Positions 47,265 through 56,637 of a stretch of DNA of 64,000 nucleotides are shown in pieces (the first letter of the stretch is position 1; each line of letters begins with the position of its first letter). A program made the translations under genes and the position numbers. The notes under the pieces are model-generated. The model was not told the origin of the DNA, did not search any database, and saw only the letters and a program-made list of their open reading frames with translations. This DNA comes from Alphaproteobacteria bacterium (GTDB lineage Bacteria; Pseudomonadota; Alphaproteobacteria; CAAHEQ01; UBA3637): NCBI GenBank assembly GCA_015062385.1, contig SUUT01000003.1, positions 76,066-140,065 of the forward strand. The letters run 5' to 3'.

Positions 47265-47657
47265 TTAATATGGCTCATTATTGATTTTTGATACAAAATC
47301 TTGCAAACGTTCTCGGTCTTCATTTGCTTTGTCCCCTTTAAAATAAATCTCAACAAATGTTATTAGCCGTTTTTCTTCTTCCCATACAAAAACAACTCTA
47401 ATCCCTGATTTTGCTCCTCGCCCTTTTAATGTTCTACATGAAAATTTTCTAACTTTGTTAGATGTGTAGTTTTCATCACAAAATCCTTCTATCAGAACAA
47501 ATGCAGTTGTCGGTTCTCCTTTTTCATAAAAAGTCTCAATGGTATATTTTTTCATATACTCAAAATCTGTTTCCAAAGACTTAAAGCGTTTTAGCAATAA
47601 TTTAAAATCTTTATTAAATTCAGGAAGTTTTGTGTAATTAATCATTTTAATCTTCAT
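47265..47657 (-). CDS. RelE/ParE-superfamily-like toxin (candidate PanT)
   Basis: 130 aa. GAKSGIRVVFVWEEEKRLITFVEIYFKGDKANED resembles the RelE/HigB C-terminal pattern. Overlaps the upstream antitoxin gene by 11 nt. Confidence 0.55.
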   Translation of the reverse strand: MKIKMINYTKLPEFNKDFKLLLKRFKSLETDFEYMKKYTIETFYEKGEPTTAFVLIEGFCDENYTSNKVRKFSCRTLKGRGAKSGIRVVFVWEEEKRLITFVEIYFKGDKANEDRERLQDFVSKINNEPY

Positions 47658-48411
47658 ACTCCCGTAATGAAGTGCTTTCGTTTCTGTAAAAAACGGCTTC
47701 GTAATCTAAAACATCTCCCATTTCAGCCCCAATCCAAGGAATATCTTTGTGCGAATAATTGGATAACTCTGTTCCTGTTTTATCAGACAATCTATCTAAT
47801 TCCTTATCAATGTGTTCTAATTCACGAGCAGATAAAAGTGTTAAATCCGGCTTCTTTATTGGCAAATACTTTGTTTGTTCATGCTTGAAGAATTTTGTTT
47901 TAACTTCTTCCAATTCTCCATCTTTTTCCATTTCTTTAATTAATTTTGCAAAATCTACCGGCGTTGGTCCATAAGTGTTTTTTATGTATTCTAATCCCAT
48001 TAATTGTTCTTCATATAATTCATAGTAATCAAAATCTATAAAATATAACAATTTGTAAATAACTGTTTGTCCGACATTGGGTTTAGCCCCAACTTTGTTT
48101 AAAATATAAAGCAAAACCTGTTTAAATTTTTCAATATTTTTTTGAGGAATATCTATGCGAATATCTTCTTTAACATCTTCATCATTACTTTGTATGATAT
48201 TATATGCTGGTTTAACAGGCATTTTATTATCTATAAAACATGCATAATCAACATCAAAAATATTTGCTAGTTTTTTGATGATGTCTATTGGCAAAGAAGA
48301 TGTTTCATTTTCATATTTTCCCAATGTTTGACGAGCGATTCCTAACTCTTCTGCTAATTGTTCTTGGGAAATACCTTTTTCTTCTCGTAAAAGTTTTATA
48401 ATGTTAATCAT
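47647..48411 (-). CDS. XRE-HTH plus Panacea (DUF4065/SocA-like) antitoxin
   Basis: The N-terminus LREEKGISQEQLAEELGIARQTLGKYENE is an XRE HTH. The central KLLYFIDFDYYELYEEQLMGLEYIKNTYGPTP matches the DUF4065 core. Start placed at MINIIK with RBS aaagga. Confidence 0.7.
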   Translation of the reverse strand: MINIIKLLREEKGISQEQLAEELGIARQTLGKYENETSSLPIDIIKKLANIFDVDYACFIDNKMPVKPAYNIIQSNDEDVKEDIRIDIPQKNIEKFKQVLLYILNKVGAKPNVGQTVIYKLLYFIDFDYYELYEEQLMGLEYIKNTYGPTPVDFAKLIKEMEKDGELEEVKTKFFKHEQTKYLPIKKPDLTLLSARELEHIDKELDRLSDKTGTELSNYSHKDIPWIGAEMGDVLDYEAVFYRNESTSLREYED

Positions 48412-48541
48412 TGTAAATCCTTTCATCTTACCACATAATAGTAACATATTTTTTAAAAAATGTCAACAACTATTAACATAAATTTGTTAAATAATGATTA
48501 CATTTTTTGTTTTTTTCATTCTTTTTCAACTTTTTTCTTAA

Positions 48542-49381
48542 TTACTCATCCTTTTTGTCTTCAATGTGTTGATGTAAGTTTTTAGCATTTCGGGAAGTTA
48601 TGACCTTTTTACCTGTTTTGCTTTCAAGTTCTTTTCTTGCTTTGTTTGCAACTTCACCACCAGCACGAGCAACTTTTTTATGTTGTTCTAAACCTTTGGG
48701 ATTTTGTGCTTGTGATATTTCTGTTGCAGAAACTTCTGCCAACATATTCAGAACTAATTCCATATTGGTCATATTATCTCGTAAATTTTCTTTTTTAAGA
48801 CCTTTTAAGTCTTTATATGTGCGAGTTGTCATACCCGACCATGCTTTGGTTATTTCATCAGTTAAAATAGCATATTCTAAACCTTTTTGAATGCCACCTC
48901 TGTCCCATTCATCCGTTAAACCTTTTCTGATTTCAATAGATTTAAGACGTTGATTAACCCAAGATTCAGAATAACCTTTTTTCAAATAGGTTTCTAATGC
49001 ACGATTGATTGCTATTTCAGGGTCTTCCATTTCATCAATTCGTTCACGACCGACTTTGGCAAGCCACATCTTAAAAGGCTCTGCCTTTGGACTTGGAATG
49101 CTTTGAATAAGACGTAAAAGTTGTTCTGTATCAGCAACATCAGTTAGATACATCTTACCATCTGCAGCCTTCATTTTCAGTTGACTACAATTTGTAGTCA
49201 ACTCACTTCCTTCTGATTTCAACCTTGTTTTTAGAACACTCCAATATTTTCTTGGATTCGGGCTTTGAGTAAGTATAGAAATAACATCAACAATAGAAAA
49301 ATACCATTTTTCTTGGTTTTCATCCCATTCTACACGAACTTTCTGTTCTTCAAATAATTTTATGGCAGTTTCTTTATTCAT
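48542..49381 (-). CDS. Bro-N domain (DinD/antirepressor-like) protein
   Basis: 279 aa. FEEQKVRVEWDENQEKWYFSIVDVISIL is a Bro-N-like N-terminus. Confidence 0.6.
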   Translation of the reverse strand: MNKETAIKLFEEQKVRVEWDENQEKWYFSIVDVISILTQSPNPRKYWSVLKTRLKSEGSELTTNCSQLKMKAADGKMYLTDVADTEQLLRLIQSIPSPKAEPFKMWLAKVGRERIDEMEDPEIAINRALETYLKKGYSESWVNQRLKSIEIRKGLTDEWDRGGIQKGLEYAILTDEITKAWSGMTTRTYKDLKGLKKENLRDNMTNMELVLNMLAEVSATEISQAQNPKGLEQHKKVARAGGEVANKARKELESKTGKKVITSRNAKNLHQHIEDKKDE

Positions 49382-49383
49382 CT

Positions 49384-52098
49384 CTAACCCTCTTTACAAT
49401 CTGCGACCAACTTATCAAAAGTCCGATTGAGAACAACCATTGTGTCAGGTATCAACAAATAATGCCAAGGCTTGTCGTTGTGTTCTTCTTCAAACTTTGT
49501 AGCAATTTCACACCATCTGACAGCTGCATCCTTTTTGGCTTGAACTGTTTTGTCATCAATGTCTTTTTCGGCTTTTGTTTCAATCATATACTTGGCTTTT
49601 GTCGTTTCCACAATAAAGTCAGGCAGATATGTTTTAACTTCATGGGTTGATACATCTTGATATTTGATGTCAAAGATTTCTCTTGCTCTGTCGTTGTTGA
49701 TTTTAAACCACTTTAACACTTCCGGAGCACTTTCTAAAATCTCGCAAAGGTCTTTTTCTGTACATGAATCAAACTTTTGTTTGGCAAACAGGCATTTATT
49801 AAATCCTTCAAATGCCATATTGCGAATTTTTGATTTGTCTTGAATATGTGCTTTATAATTCACACTTTCAGCCCCTTCGGTGACGGTGATTTTGTAAGAA
49901 GCCGTTGTAATGGTTGCATAACCACTATCTACACGAATGTTTAACTTTACAGGGGCTTGCTTTACATGGTCTTTGATTTGTTTATAAATCTTTTTGGCAA
50001 TATCCTTGTTATTAAAGAACAAAATCTTTCTGGTGTTCAATTCACTGCCAGAATATGAAGTAATGTGGTCAATTACTTGATTAACCAATTTGTTTAACAA
50101 GTCGGCATTTGTATCATAGTCAATTAAAATTTCATCAATTAACAAGGTTAAAAGATAGTGAGTGATGTTTTCATATCTATCCACAAATTCAGCATTGAAC
50201 TCATCTCGGGCAGATTTGCTCAATAGTTCTTCAACCAACATTTTTTGTGGAATAGGTTCATATCCATTAAAATCAGATGTGGCAATGTCAAAATCTTCAA
50301 TGGTAAAATCACCTTCTTGTTCATACCAGATTTTAATACGGGGTGTGTCAATGCTCAATTTTCTGAAATTTTCTGTATATCGTTTCAGGGTTTCTTTGAC
50401 ATCAACTAATGGTTCCAAAGAAAGTTCTGATTTTTCCAATGCAATGTTTTTCAATCTGGTTTCAACCATTTCTTGCATTTTTTCTTGTGTCTCTTGAGTA
50501 CTTAAATCGGCTGAACTCATCACATAACGGCTTGTTTCGTTAATAACTTCCCGAACAGTTTCGGCAATTCGTCTGTTATCTTCATTTGAGAAAACAGGCA
50601 ATTTTTCTTGGGTTTGTGTTTTCCTTTGAACAACAACATTGCCTTCTTGAATTAACTTATCTAATTTACTTTCATTTTCAACAACAACCTTACCAATTAA
50701 GCCTTCATCAGAGTTATCAATATATTCCTGTTGAAATTCATAAGCCCCGGCACGAGCAGCTGAAATGATATCATTAAACTTATCATGAGCAATCACATGC
50801 AAACGGTCAATCATCTTATCTCCCGTCAATTCCCCAAAAGGCAAGCGAAGACCACGACCGATAGATTGTTCAACCAAAATCTTTGAATTTGCGGCTCTCA
50901 ATGGAACAATGGTATAAAGGTTATTAACGTCCCATCCTTCACCAAGCATGTTCACATGAATAACAATTTCTGTTGGTTCATTCGGGTCTTCAATATCCAA
51001 AAGTCTTTGAACCATTTCATCTTTTAATTCACCATTTTGTTTGGAGTGAACAATGATGACTTTTCCTTTATATCGTCCATCTTCAAAATCATCACTATCA
51101 ATACGGGTCAAAATTTCTTCTGCATGCCCTGTATTTTCTGCCACAATCATAATAAATGGTTTGACAAGTTTTGTTTTCTTGTTATCTGCATAAACTTGTA
51201 ATTCTGCCTTAATGCTTTCATGAACTTTAATGGCATCCACAATTTTAAGGTTTTCTAATTCAACCGAGTTGGCTCCATACAATTCTTTATCAAAATTAGA
51301 ACGACCAACAACCGATGGTTTCTTGACATATCCATCTGTAATCGCATGGGCAAGGTTATATTCATAAGCAATATTTCTAAATGCTTTTCCCTTAGCACCT
51401 GTTGATTTGGCTGTTGCCGTTAATTCAATTCCCAATACCGGATGCAACTCATTAATAGCTGCCATACCAGCACTAGCTCTGTATCTATGAGCTTCATCCA
51501 TAATTAAAACAAGGTCTTTTAATCCAGCCAAATAATCAAAGTATGATTGTCCTAAATATTCTGCCATTCTACGAACCCTTGGTGTTCCACGAGAATCTTG
51601 GTCAGAGTTGATTTTTGAAATGTTAAAGATGTTAATTCGTAATCTGTCATCATTTGGATTATCAAACAATCCACCCACTTGATTGTAATCATCACCTGTA
51701 ATAATTTGAGGTGTTCCCACATATTCTGTTAAACCTGGAAAGACATATTTCGGTGTATTGGGTGTAAAATCCTGCTTTAATTTGTTATAAATGGTTAAGT
51801 TTGGGGCTAAAACCATAAAGTTTTTAACCTTATATTCGGCATGAATATAGGCAATCATTGCACCCATCAATCTTGTTTTACCAACACCGGTTGCAATTGC
51901 AAAACAAAGACAAGGGAAAATTCTTTCAAAATCTTTTACAGATGGATGAATTTCTTGAATAATACGAAGGGTTTCTTCAAGTGAAATATCCTTTTTTAAT
52001 TCAATTCGTTCAAGGATTTGAGCCAATATATCTAAACTATCTTTTTGAGGCTGTCTTAAAGAGAGTGCTTGTTCAATTCGTCTTTGTGTATTGTTCAT
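49384..52098 (-). CDS. res: Type III restriction endonuclease subunit (Res)
   Basis: 904 aa. ATGVGKT (motif I), LIMDEAHRYR (DEAH), helicase-C, C-terminal PD-(D/E)xK-like LPDFIV...MIETKAEKD. Confidence 0.85.
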   Translation of the reverse strand: MNNTQRRIEQALSLRQPQKDSLDILAQILERIELKKDISLEETLRIIQEIHPSVKDFERIFPCLCFAIATGVGKTRLMGAMIAYIHAEYKVKNFMVLAPNLTIYNKLKQDFTPNTPKYVFPGLTEYVGTPQIITGDDYNQVGGLFDNPNDDRLRINIFNISKINSDQDSRGTPRVRRMAEYLGQSYFDYLAGLKDLVLIMDEAHRYRASAGMAAINELHPVLGIELTATAKSTGAKGKAFRNIAYEYNLAHAITDGYVKKPSVVGRSNFDKELYGANSVELENLKIVDAIKVHESIKAELQVYADNKKTKLVKPFIMIVAENTGHAEEILTRIDSDDFEDGRYKGKVIIVHSKQNGELKDEMVQRLLDIEDPNEPTEIVIHVNMLGEGWDVNNLYTIVPLRAANSKILVEQSIGRGLRLPFGELTGDKMIDRLHVIAHDKFNDIISAARAGAYEFQQEYIDNSDEGLIGKVVVENESKLDKLIQEGNVVVQRKTQTQEKLPVFSNEDNRRIAETVREVINETSRYVMSSADLSTQETQEKMQEMVETRLKNIALEKSELSLEPLVDVKETLKRYTENFRKLSIDTPRIKIWYEQEGDFTIEDFDIATSDFNGYEPIPQKMLVEELLSKSARDEFNAEFVDRYENITHYLLTLLIDEILIDYDTNADLLNKLVNQVIDHITSYSGSELNTRKILFFNNKDIAKKIYKQIKDHVKQAPVKLNIRVDSGYATITTASYKITVTEGAESVNYKAHIQDKSKIRNMAFEGFNKCLFAKQKFDSCTEKDLCEILESAPEVLKWFKINNDRAREIFDIKYQDVSTHEVKTYLPDFIVETTKAKYMIETKAEKDIDDKTVQAKKDAAVRWCEIATKFEEEHNDKPWHYLLIPDTMVVLNRTFDKLVADCKEG

Positions 52099-52265
52099 CT
52101 TTTAGTCCTTTACGGTTTAACGTCTTATGTTAGTTTAAAACCTTATAAAAAGCAAGAAAATAAAGAAAAAAAAGATGTTTAAGTTTATAAAGAAAAACAA
52201 TGCTTTTAAGCCTATCAAAATAAGATGGATTTTTACCTATATTAAAAAAAATCATCAAAACTGCA

Positions 52266-52303
52266 TTTTTTTGCGGACGAAAGGTAAAAAGTACGACAGG
52301 ATA
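52266..52303 (+). promoter_or_regulatory. conserved island promoter/operator motif (TTGCGGACG-N-AAAAAGTACG)
   Basis: Identical 38-mer tttttttgcggacgaaaggtaaaaagtacgacaggata at 55419-55456. A related copy (ttgacggacggataagaaaaagtacgg) lies on the minus strand at 35663-35695, upstream of the integrase gene. Confidence 0.6.
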
Positions 52304-52346
52304 GTTATCAGATAACAAAATGATACTATTCTGAAAGGATTTTTAT

Positions 52347-52727
52347 ATGTCTGCAACTACTCAACATTCCACAATTAAATCAAATGATTTAGAACACATT
52401 ATGTCCTATTGTTATGGGACAGAGAACTATTATAAAATTCCCCAATATTCATTCAAATATACTGATGGAGTAAAGACCTTCTGTGAAAAGGCTGATGCTT
52501 ATTGGCTGTTGGATATTGTGGCCAGCATCTCTCGCCATTACAAACAAATGCATGAAGACTTTATCATCATAGACCTTATCGTTGGCGAAGATAATAAAGC
52601 CACCATAACCTTTGAAGACACGAAAGGCATTTTCTTTAAACAAGACATTCCCTTTACAGATTGCCCAAAAGGTCTATGGAAATTCTATTTTGACAACAAT
52701 GTCTTTTTGGGGAACGGAGAGTATTGA
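52347..52727 (+). CDS. DUF6876-like protein
   Basis: 126 aa. YTDGVKTFCEKADAYWLLDIV...FTDCP...YFDNNVFLGNGEY matches my recollection of this plasmid/ICE-associated family. Confidence 0.55.
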   Translation: MSATTQHSTIKSNDLEHIMSYCYGTENYYKIPQYSFKYTDGVKTFCEKADAYWLLDIVASISRHYKQMHEDFIIIDLIVGEDNKATITFEDTKGIFFKQDIPFTDCPKGLWKFYFDNNVFLGNGEY

Positions 52728-52776
52728 TTGCGGTTTTAAATCAATAAATACTTATATATATGTATAAGGAACAAAA

Positions 52777-53238
52777 ATGGATAAGTTAGTCATTCGTGTC
52801 GCAGAACAGAATTTAAGTAAAATAAAAGAACTCATCAATCAAGGATATGATTTAAATAAACCTTATAACGAGCATGGTTGGACACCATTTACTTTGGCAG
52901 TTGCTCAAAAGTTTCAAGTATCTTTTATAAATGAATTGATTAAACTGGGTGGTGATATCAACCAACCAATCAAAGATGGTAGAACTCCTATTATGCTATC
53001 TTGTATATCCAGACAATACCCCAATGTTTTGAAACTACTTATTAAATATGGAGCAGATATAAATGCTCAGGACAAGAATGGTTTTACTGCTTTGATGCAA
53101 GTTTTAAAACAAAATAACATATCTGAAAGAAAAGCATTTATCAAAACCCTGATAGATAATGGAGCAGACTTAACAACCATTAAGAACATTTATGGAGAAA
53201 CTGCTTTAGATTTGATATTGGATTTAATAACGAGATGA
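52777..53238 (+). CDS. ankyrin-repeat protein
   Basis: 153 aa, about four ANK repeats (GWTPFTLAV, DGRTPIMLS, NGFTALMQV, GETALD). Confidence 0.85.
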   Translation: MDKLVIRVAEQNLSKIKELINQGYDLNKPYNEHGWTPFTLAVAQKFQVSFINELIKLGGDINQPIKDGRTPIMLSCISRQYPNVLKLLIKYGADINAQDKNGFTALMQVLKQNNISERKAFIKTLIDNGADLTTIKNIYGETALDLILDLITR

Positions 53239-53621
53239 AAAATATGAATATTATAAACATATTTAACAAATTAGAATTGATTTTATCTAACAAATCAAAA
53301 ATACTCAAAAGAGATGATGTTGCTTCAATGATAATCAAAGGAGCAAGTATTTCAGTCAATAAACATATTCCTTTGACATTTGAAAACCTGCTTAAACTTT
53401 GGACAGAGAACACCTGTTGGACTATTCATCGAAATGATGATGTTATATATATCTATAAAATGAAGAAAAAAGAAAATAATTTAAGCATTAAAGTTTATGG
53501 TTGGTCTAAAAATACTCAAAAACCGATTGTCTTACAAGGTCAGTCATATCATCAACTGTATAAAGACGCCATAAATGTCGGGATTAAATGTCATCATTTA
53601 AAAGTTGGTGTTAATGATTGA
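53235..53621 (+). CDS. hypothetical protein
   Basis: 128 aa. Overlaps the ankyrin gene stop by 4 nt. Confidence 0.5.
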   Translation: MKNMNIINIFNKLELILSNKSKILKRDDVASMIIKGASISVNKHIPLTFENLLKLWTENTCWTIHRNDDVIYIYKMKKKENNLSIKVYGWSKNTQKPIVLQGQSYHQLYKDAINVGIKCHHLKVGVND

Positions 53622-53622
53622 A

Positions 53623-55215
53623 TCATTTATCTTCTTTTGATTTATACTTTTTCCTTAATTCTTTTAATGTATTCCAATCTTGTTGTTTAAAGGCTGTTAA
53701 AGCATCAACCGGATATTGAATATCTTTTCCTTCTCCGATATATGGTATAGATTCTCGGGTAATTTTCTTTCGGTCAAGCATTCGCTTTTTTGATAAGTAT
53801 GATGGAGATTTGTTTAAAAAATAGGCTGCATATTCCGATTTTAAAAAGCCTGTTTCAAGTGCTGCAAGATATGCAGTCTTATTATCAAACTTTTGTTTTT
53901 TATCGGTCATTCCTTGTGGTAAAATATTTTGTTCTAAGGCTGTTTGTTCAAATTTGTTTTCAACCAATAAATGATATAAATTTTGTCTGGAATGTTTTAT
54001 TTTCAAATCTTCATTAGTAGCAACACAAATGTTTTTTATTATACTGTTTCTTCCTAATTTTATATCTTTTGTGGTAAATGATGATAAAAATGTTATGTAT
54101 TTTAAAATTATATCAATGTCTTTTATATAATTTAAAATCATTTCTCCTTCTAACTGGCTATTTTCAATAATAATTTTATCATCATATCCGTCAGACCTAA
54201 TATTTTCTATAGTCAAGTTACTCTCATTTTCAAAAAAGCAATGATGTATCCATATATAAGTATCTTTTAAGTTTATTTGGGCAATACAAAATTCCCCTCT
54301 CATTATACAATTATCAAATTCTACATGGTGCTGGATACATCCTAACAAATCAAACTTTTTTTCAAATACACAATGTTGAAAAATAAGTCTTCCGGGAGTG
54401 TTTGAAATAGATATGTTTGTAAATTGACAATCTCTAAAACAAATAGCATTTATAAATTCATCATTTATTTCTAATAATTCATATAAGGACTTATTTGCAT
54501 TGTTTTGGATAAAATCAAAACCTTCAAAAATAATGCAGTTATCCAGAACTCTAATACCATTAGGTGTTTTGTTTAATATGTTATCATTATCTTCTTTCGG
54601 TTCTTGAATAGAAAAATAAATATTTTTTATACCAATGGCCTCAATTAACAAATTAAATGCGAATTGTCTTAAATATTCAATCTGTGCTGAAAAATGTTTT
54701 AATGTCTTAAAAACAGCATATTGTCCATTTGTCCATATAAAAAAACGTAAAATGGATATTTTATTCAAAATTGTATCATCTATTTCATCATCATTATCAA
54801 TAACAAATATATTACATAATTCATTTTCTACAAATGCTTGAACTAATTTATCCGAATGTTTTGTTTGAGACGCTAGTAATATTTGATAAGATTTTTTTGA
54901 ATAACGAGCACTAGATATTTTGTCTTGTAGTCTATCTATATCAATTAAATTGTTAAATTTAATATTACAATAATAACATTGTTGTAATATGGTTAGAATC
55001 TGAGCACACAATCCGATTTTATGTTCCTCATTTATGAAAAAGATGTTTTTTACAGTATTACAGAAATAATCAACTTTGTTTTTCATTAAAAGAGGAAAAA
55101 TATCTGTATCAAAATCAAAATTAACCAATTGATACCTTTTTTCACGATTATATAGGATTGTATTAAAATGTTCTTCACTTCTTCCGAAATCATAATCTTG
55201 AATATATTGTCTCAT
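53623..55215 (-). CDS. hypothetical protein with beta-helix-like repeat region and C-terminal HTH-like segment
   Basis: 530 aa. The central region has repeated hydrophobic-Cys/Asn ladders (FRDCQFTNISI, FQHCVFEKKF, FDNCIMRGEF, IHHCFFENES). The C-terminus resembles excisionase/AlpA-type HTH. Confidence 0.5.
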   Translation of the reverse strand: MRQYIQDYDFGRSEEHFNTILYNREKRYQLVNFDFDTDIFPLLMKNKVDYFCNTVKNIFFINEEHKIGLCAQILTILQQCYYCNIKFNNLIDIDRLQDKISSARYSKKSYQILLASQTKHSDKLVQAFVENELCNIFVIDNDDEIDDTILNKISILRFFIWTNGQYAVFKTLKHFSAQIEYLRQFAFNLLIEAIGIKNIYFSIQEPKEDNDNILNKTPNGIRVLDNCIIFEGFDFIQNNANKSLYELLEINDEFINAICFRDCQFTNISISNTPGRLIFQHCVFEKKFDLLGCIQHHVEFDNCIMRGEFCIAQINLKDTYIWIHHCFFENESNLTIENIRSDGYDDKIIIENSQLEGEMILNYIKDIDIILKYITFLSSFTTKDIKLGRNSIIKNICVATNEDLKIKHSRQNLYHLLVENKFEQTALEQNILPQGMTDKKQKFDNKTAYLAALETGFLKSEYAAYFLNKSPSYLSKKRMLDRKKITRESIPYIGEGKDIQYPVDALTAFKQQDWNTLKELRKKYKSKEDK

Positions 55216-55487
55216 TGTTTATCCCCCATTAGTACTTTAGTTTAATATTTCTATGTTCAAAAGTCCAGATGATTCAAAAATGTTAAAAAAGATACATTTT
55301 TTAACATTATCTCTAAAAGTGTTGGTTTTCAGGGATTTTAAATAAAGGATAAAATATCTCAAAATCCAAAATGTTAAAGTTTGTTAGGTATCATTACTTT
55401 TTTTAACATTTTATGTATTTTTTTGCGGACGAAAGGTAAAAAGTACGACAGGATATATTCAGATGATAAAAACTGAAAGGAAACCCT

Positions 55488-56069
55488 ATGATTAACCAAA
55501 CTTACATTGATGATAAAAAAGTCAAAGACATTTTGACTTACATTTCAGGAATGAGACATTCAGAACAAATCAGAATGATGTTCTTGTGTTCATTGAATGG
55601 GATGAGAAGCATTAACTTCTGTTATCTACAAATCAAAGATGTCTATCATCCCGACCTGAGTGTTAAAGATGTTATTTGTCTTGATGAGAATAAAAACAAA
55701 GGCAAGTTCGGGGCAAACTATTATTTAAACAGTCAAATGAAGAAGGAGTTTAAAGAATATTTGAAATACTTAAAATCAAAAAATGATGAATTAAATCCAG
55801 ATGATTACCTTTTTAAATCTCAAAAGTTAGGCAAACCTTATAACAGAGTTTCAATTAGTAGATTGTTTGCAAACATCTATAAGAAGTTCAACATTCATGG
55901 AGCAAGTCATTTAGGCAGACATCTATTCGTGTCTAAGTTGGTTAATAGTGGTGTCAATATTTGTTTAGTTCAAAGATTAGCCAATCACAGGAATATCAGC
56001 ACAACTCAAAGATACTTCAACTATAATCCTCAAATGTTATCCAATGCTGTGGAAAGTTTAAAGATATAA
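55488..56069 (+). CDS. small tyrosine recombinase (integrase catalytic domain only)
   Basis: 193 aa. NGMRSINF (Arg), SHLGRHLF (H-x-x-R), NHRNISTTQRY (His...Tyr). Confidence 0.75.
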   Translation: MINQTYIDDKKVKDILTYISGMRHSEQIRMMFLCSLNGMRSINFCYLQIKDVYHPDLSVKDVICLDENKNKGKFGANYYLNSQMKKEFKEYLKYLKSKNDELNPDDYLFKSQKLGKPYNRVSISRLFANIYKKFNIHGASHLGRHLFVSKLVNSGVNICLVQRLANHRNISTTQRYFNYNPQMLSNAVESLKI

Positions 56070-56299
56070 TATCCAATGGGGCAAATATGTTTAATATCTG
56101 CAATAGGCAATCAGTCAAAAAAATGATTCATGTTCAATCATTCGAAAAATCTAATCGGGAAAAAGTCATCATTGTATTTAAAATCCGTTCGGGTAAAAAT
56201 GTATGAAAATCTTATGCTATGAGTGTGGTAAAATATCCATAACGGGCAAAGTGACGTGCAACTGTGACGGGAAAGTAAAATTATTGAAAAATAAGCAAT

Positions 56300-56335
56300 A
56301 AAAAAGCCCTTAAAGATAAGACTTTAAGGGATAAA

Positions 56336-56352
<17 letters not shown>
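56300..56352. repeat. attR: 53-bp direct repeat overlapping the tRNA-Thr 3' end and its terminator
   Basis: Identical to 33088-33140. Confidence 0.9.
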
Positions 56353-56411
<59 letters not shown>

Positions 56412-56637
56412 CTTGTTTATTTGCTTATACATTTTTTTTTATTAAAATGCAAGTAAAAAAATGATGCTTATAACGTTTTATTCTCTTTTTGATGATAAAT
56501 GTCAAATATCAATAATAAAAATCTTTTTTATTTAATATTATCCGAAAATACTTTAATTCAATATTAGGTAAATAAAAAGAATTGACAAACGTTAACCCCA
56601 CTAACGTTAATCGGTAGAAATTTTTATAGATGCATTA

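Noticed and set aside
40724-52098. Calling the SNF2 + methyltransferase + helicase-nuclease cluster a DISARM or BREX system.
   Set aside because: The hallmark genes are absent: DrmA/DrmB(DUF1998)/DrmC for DISARM, and PglZ/BrxC/BrxL for BREX. The methylase and nuclease have standard Type III Mod/Res motif order.
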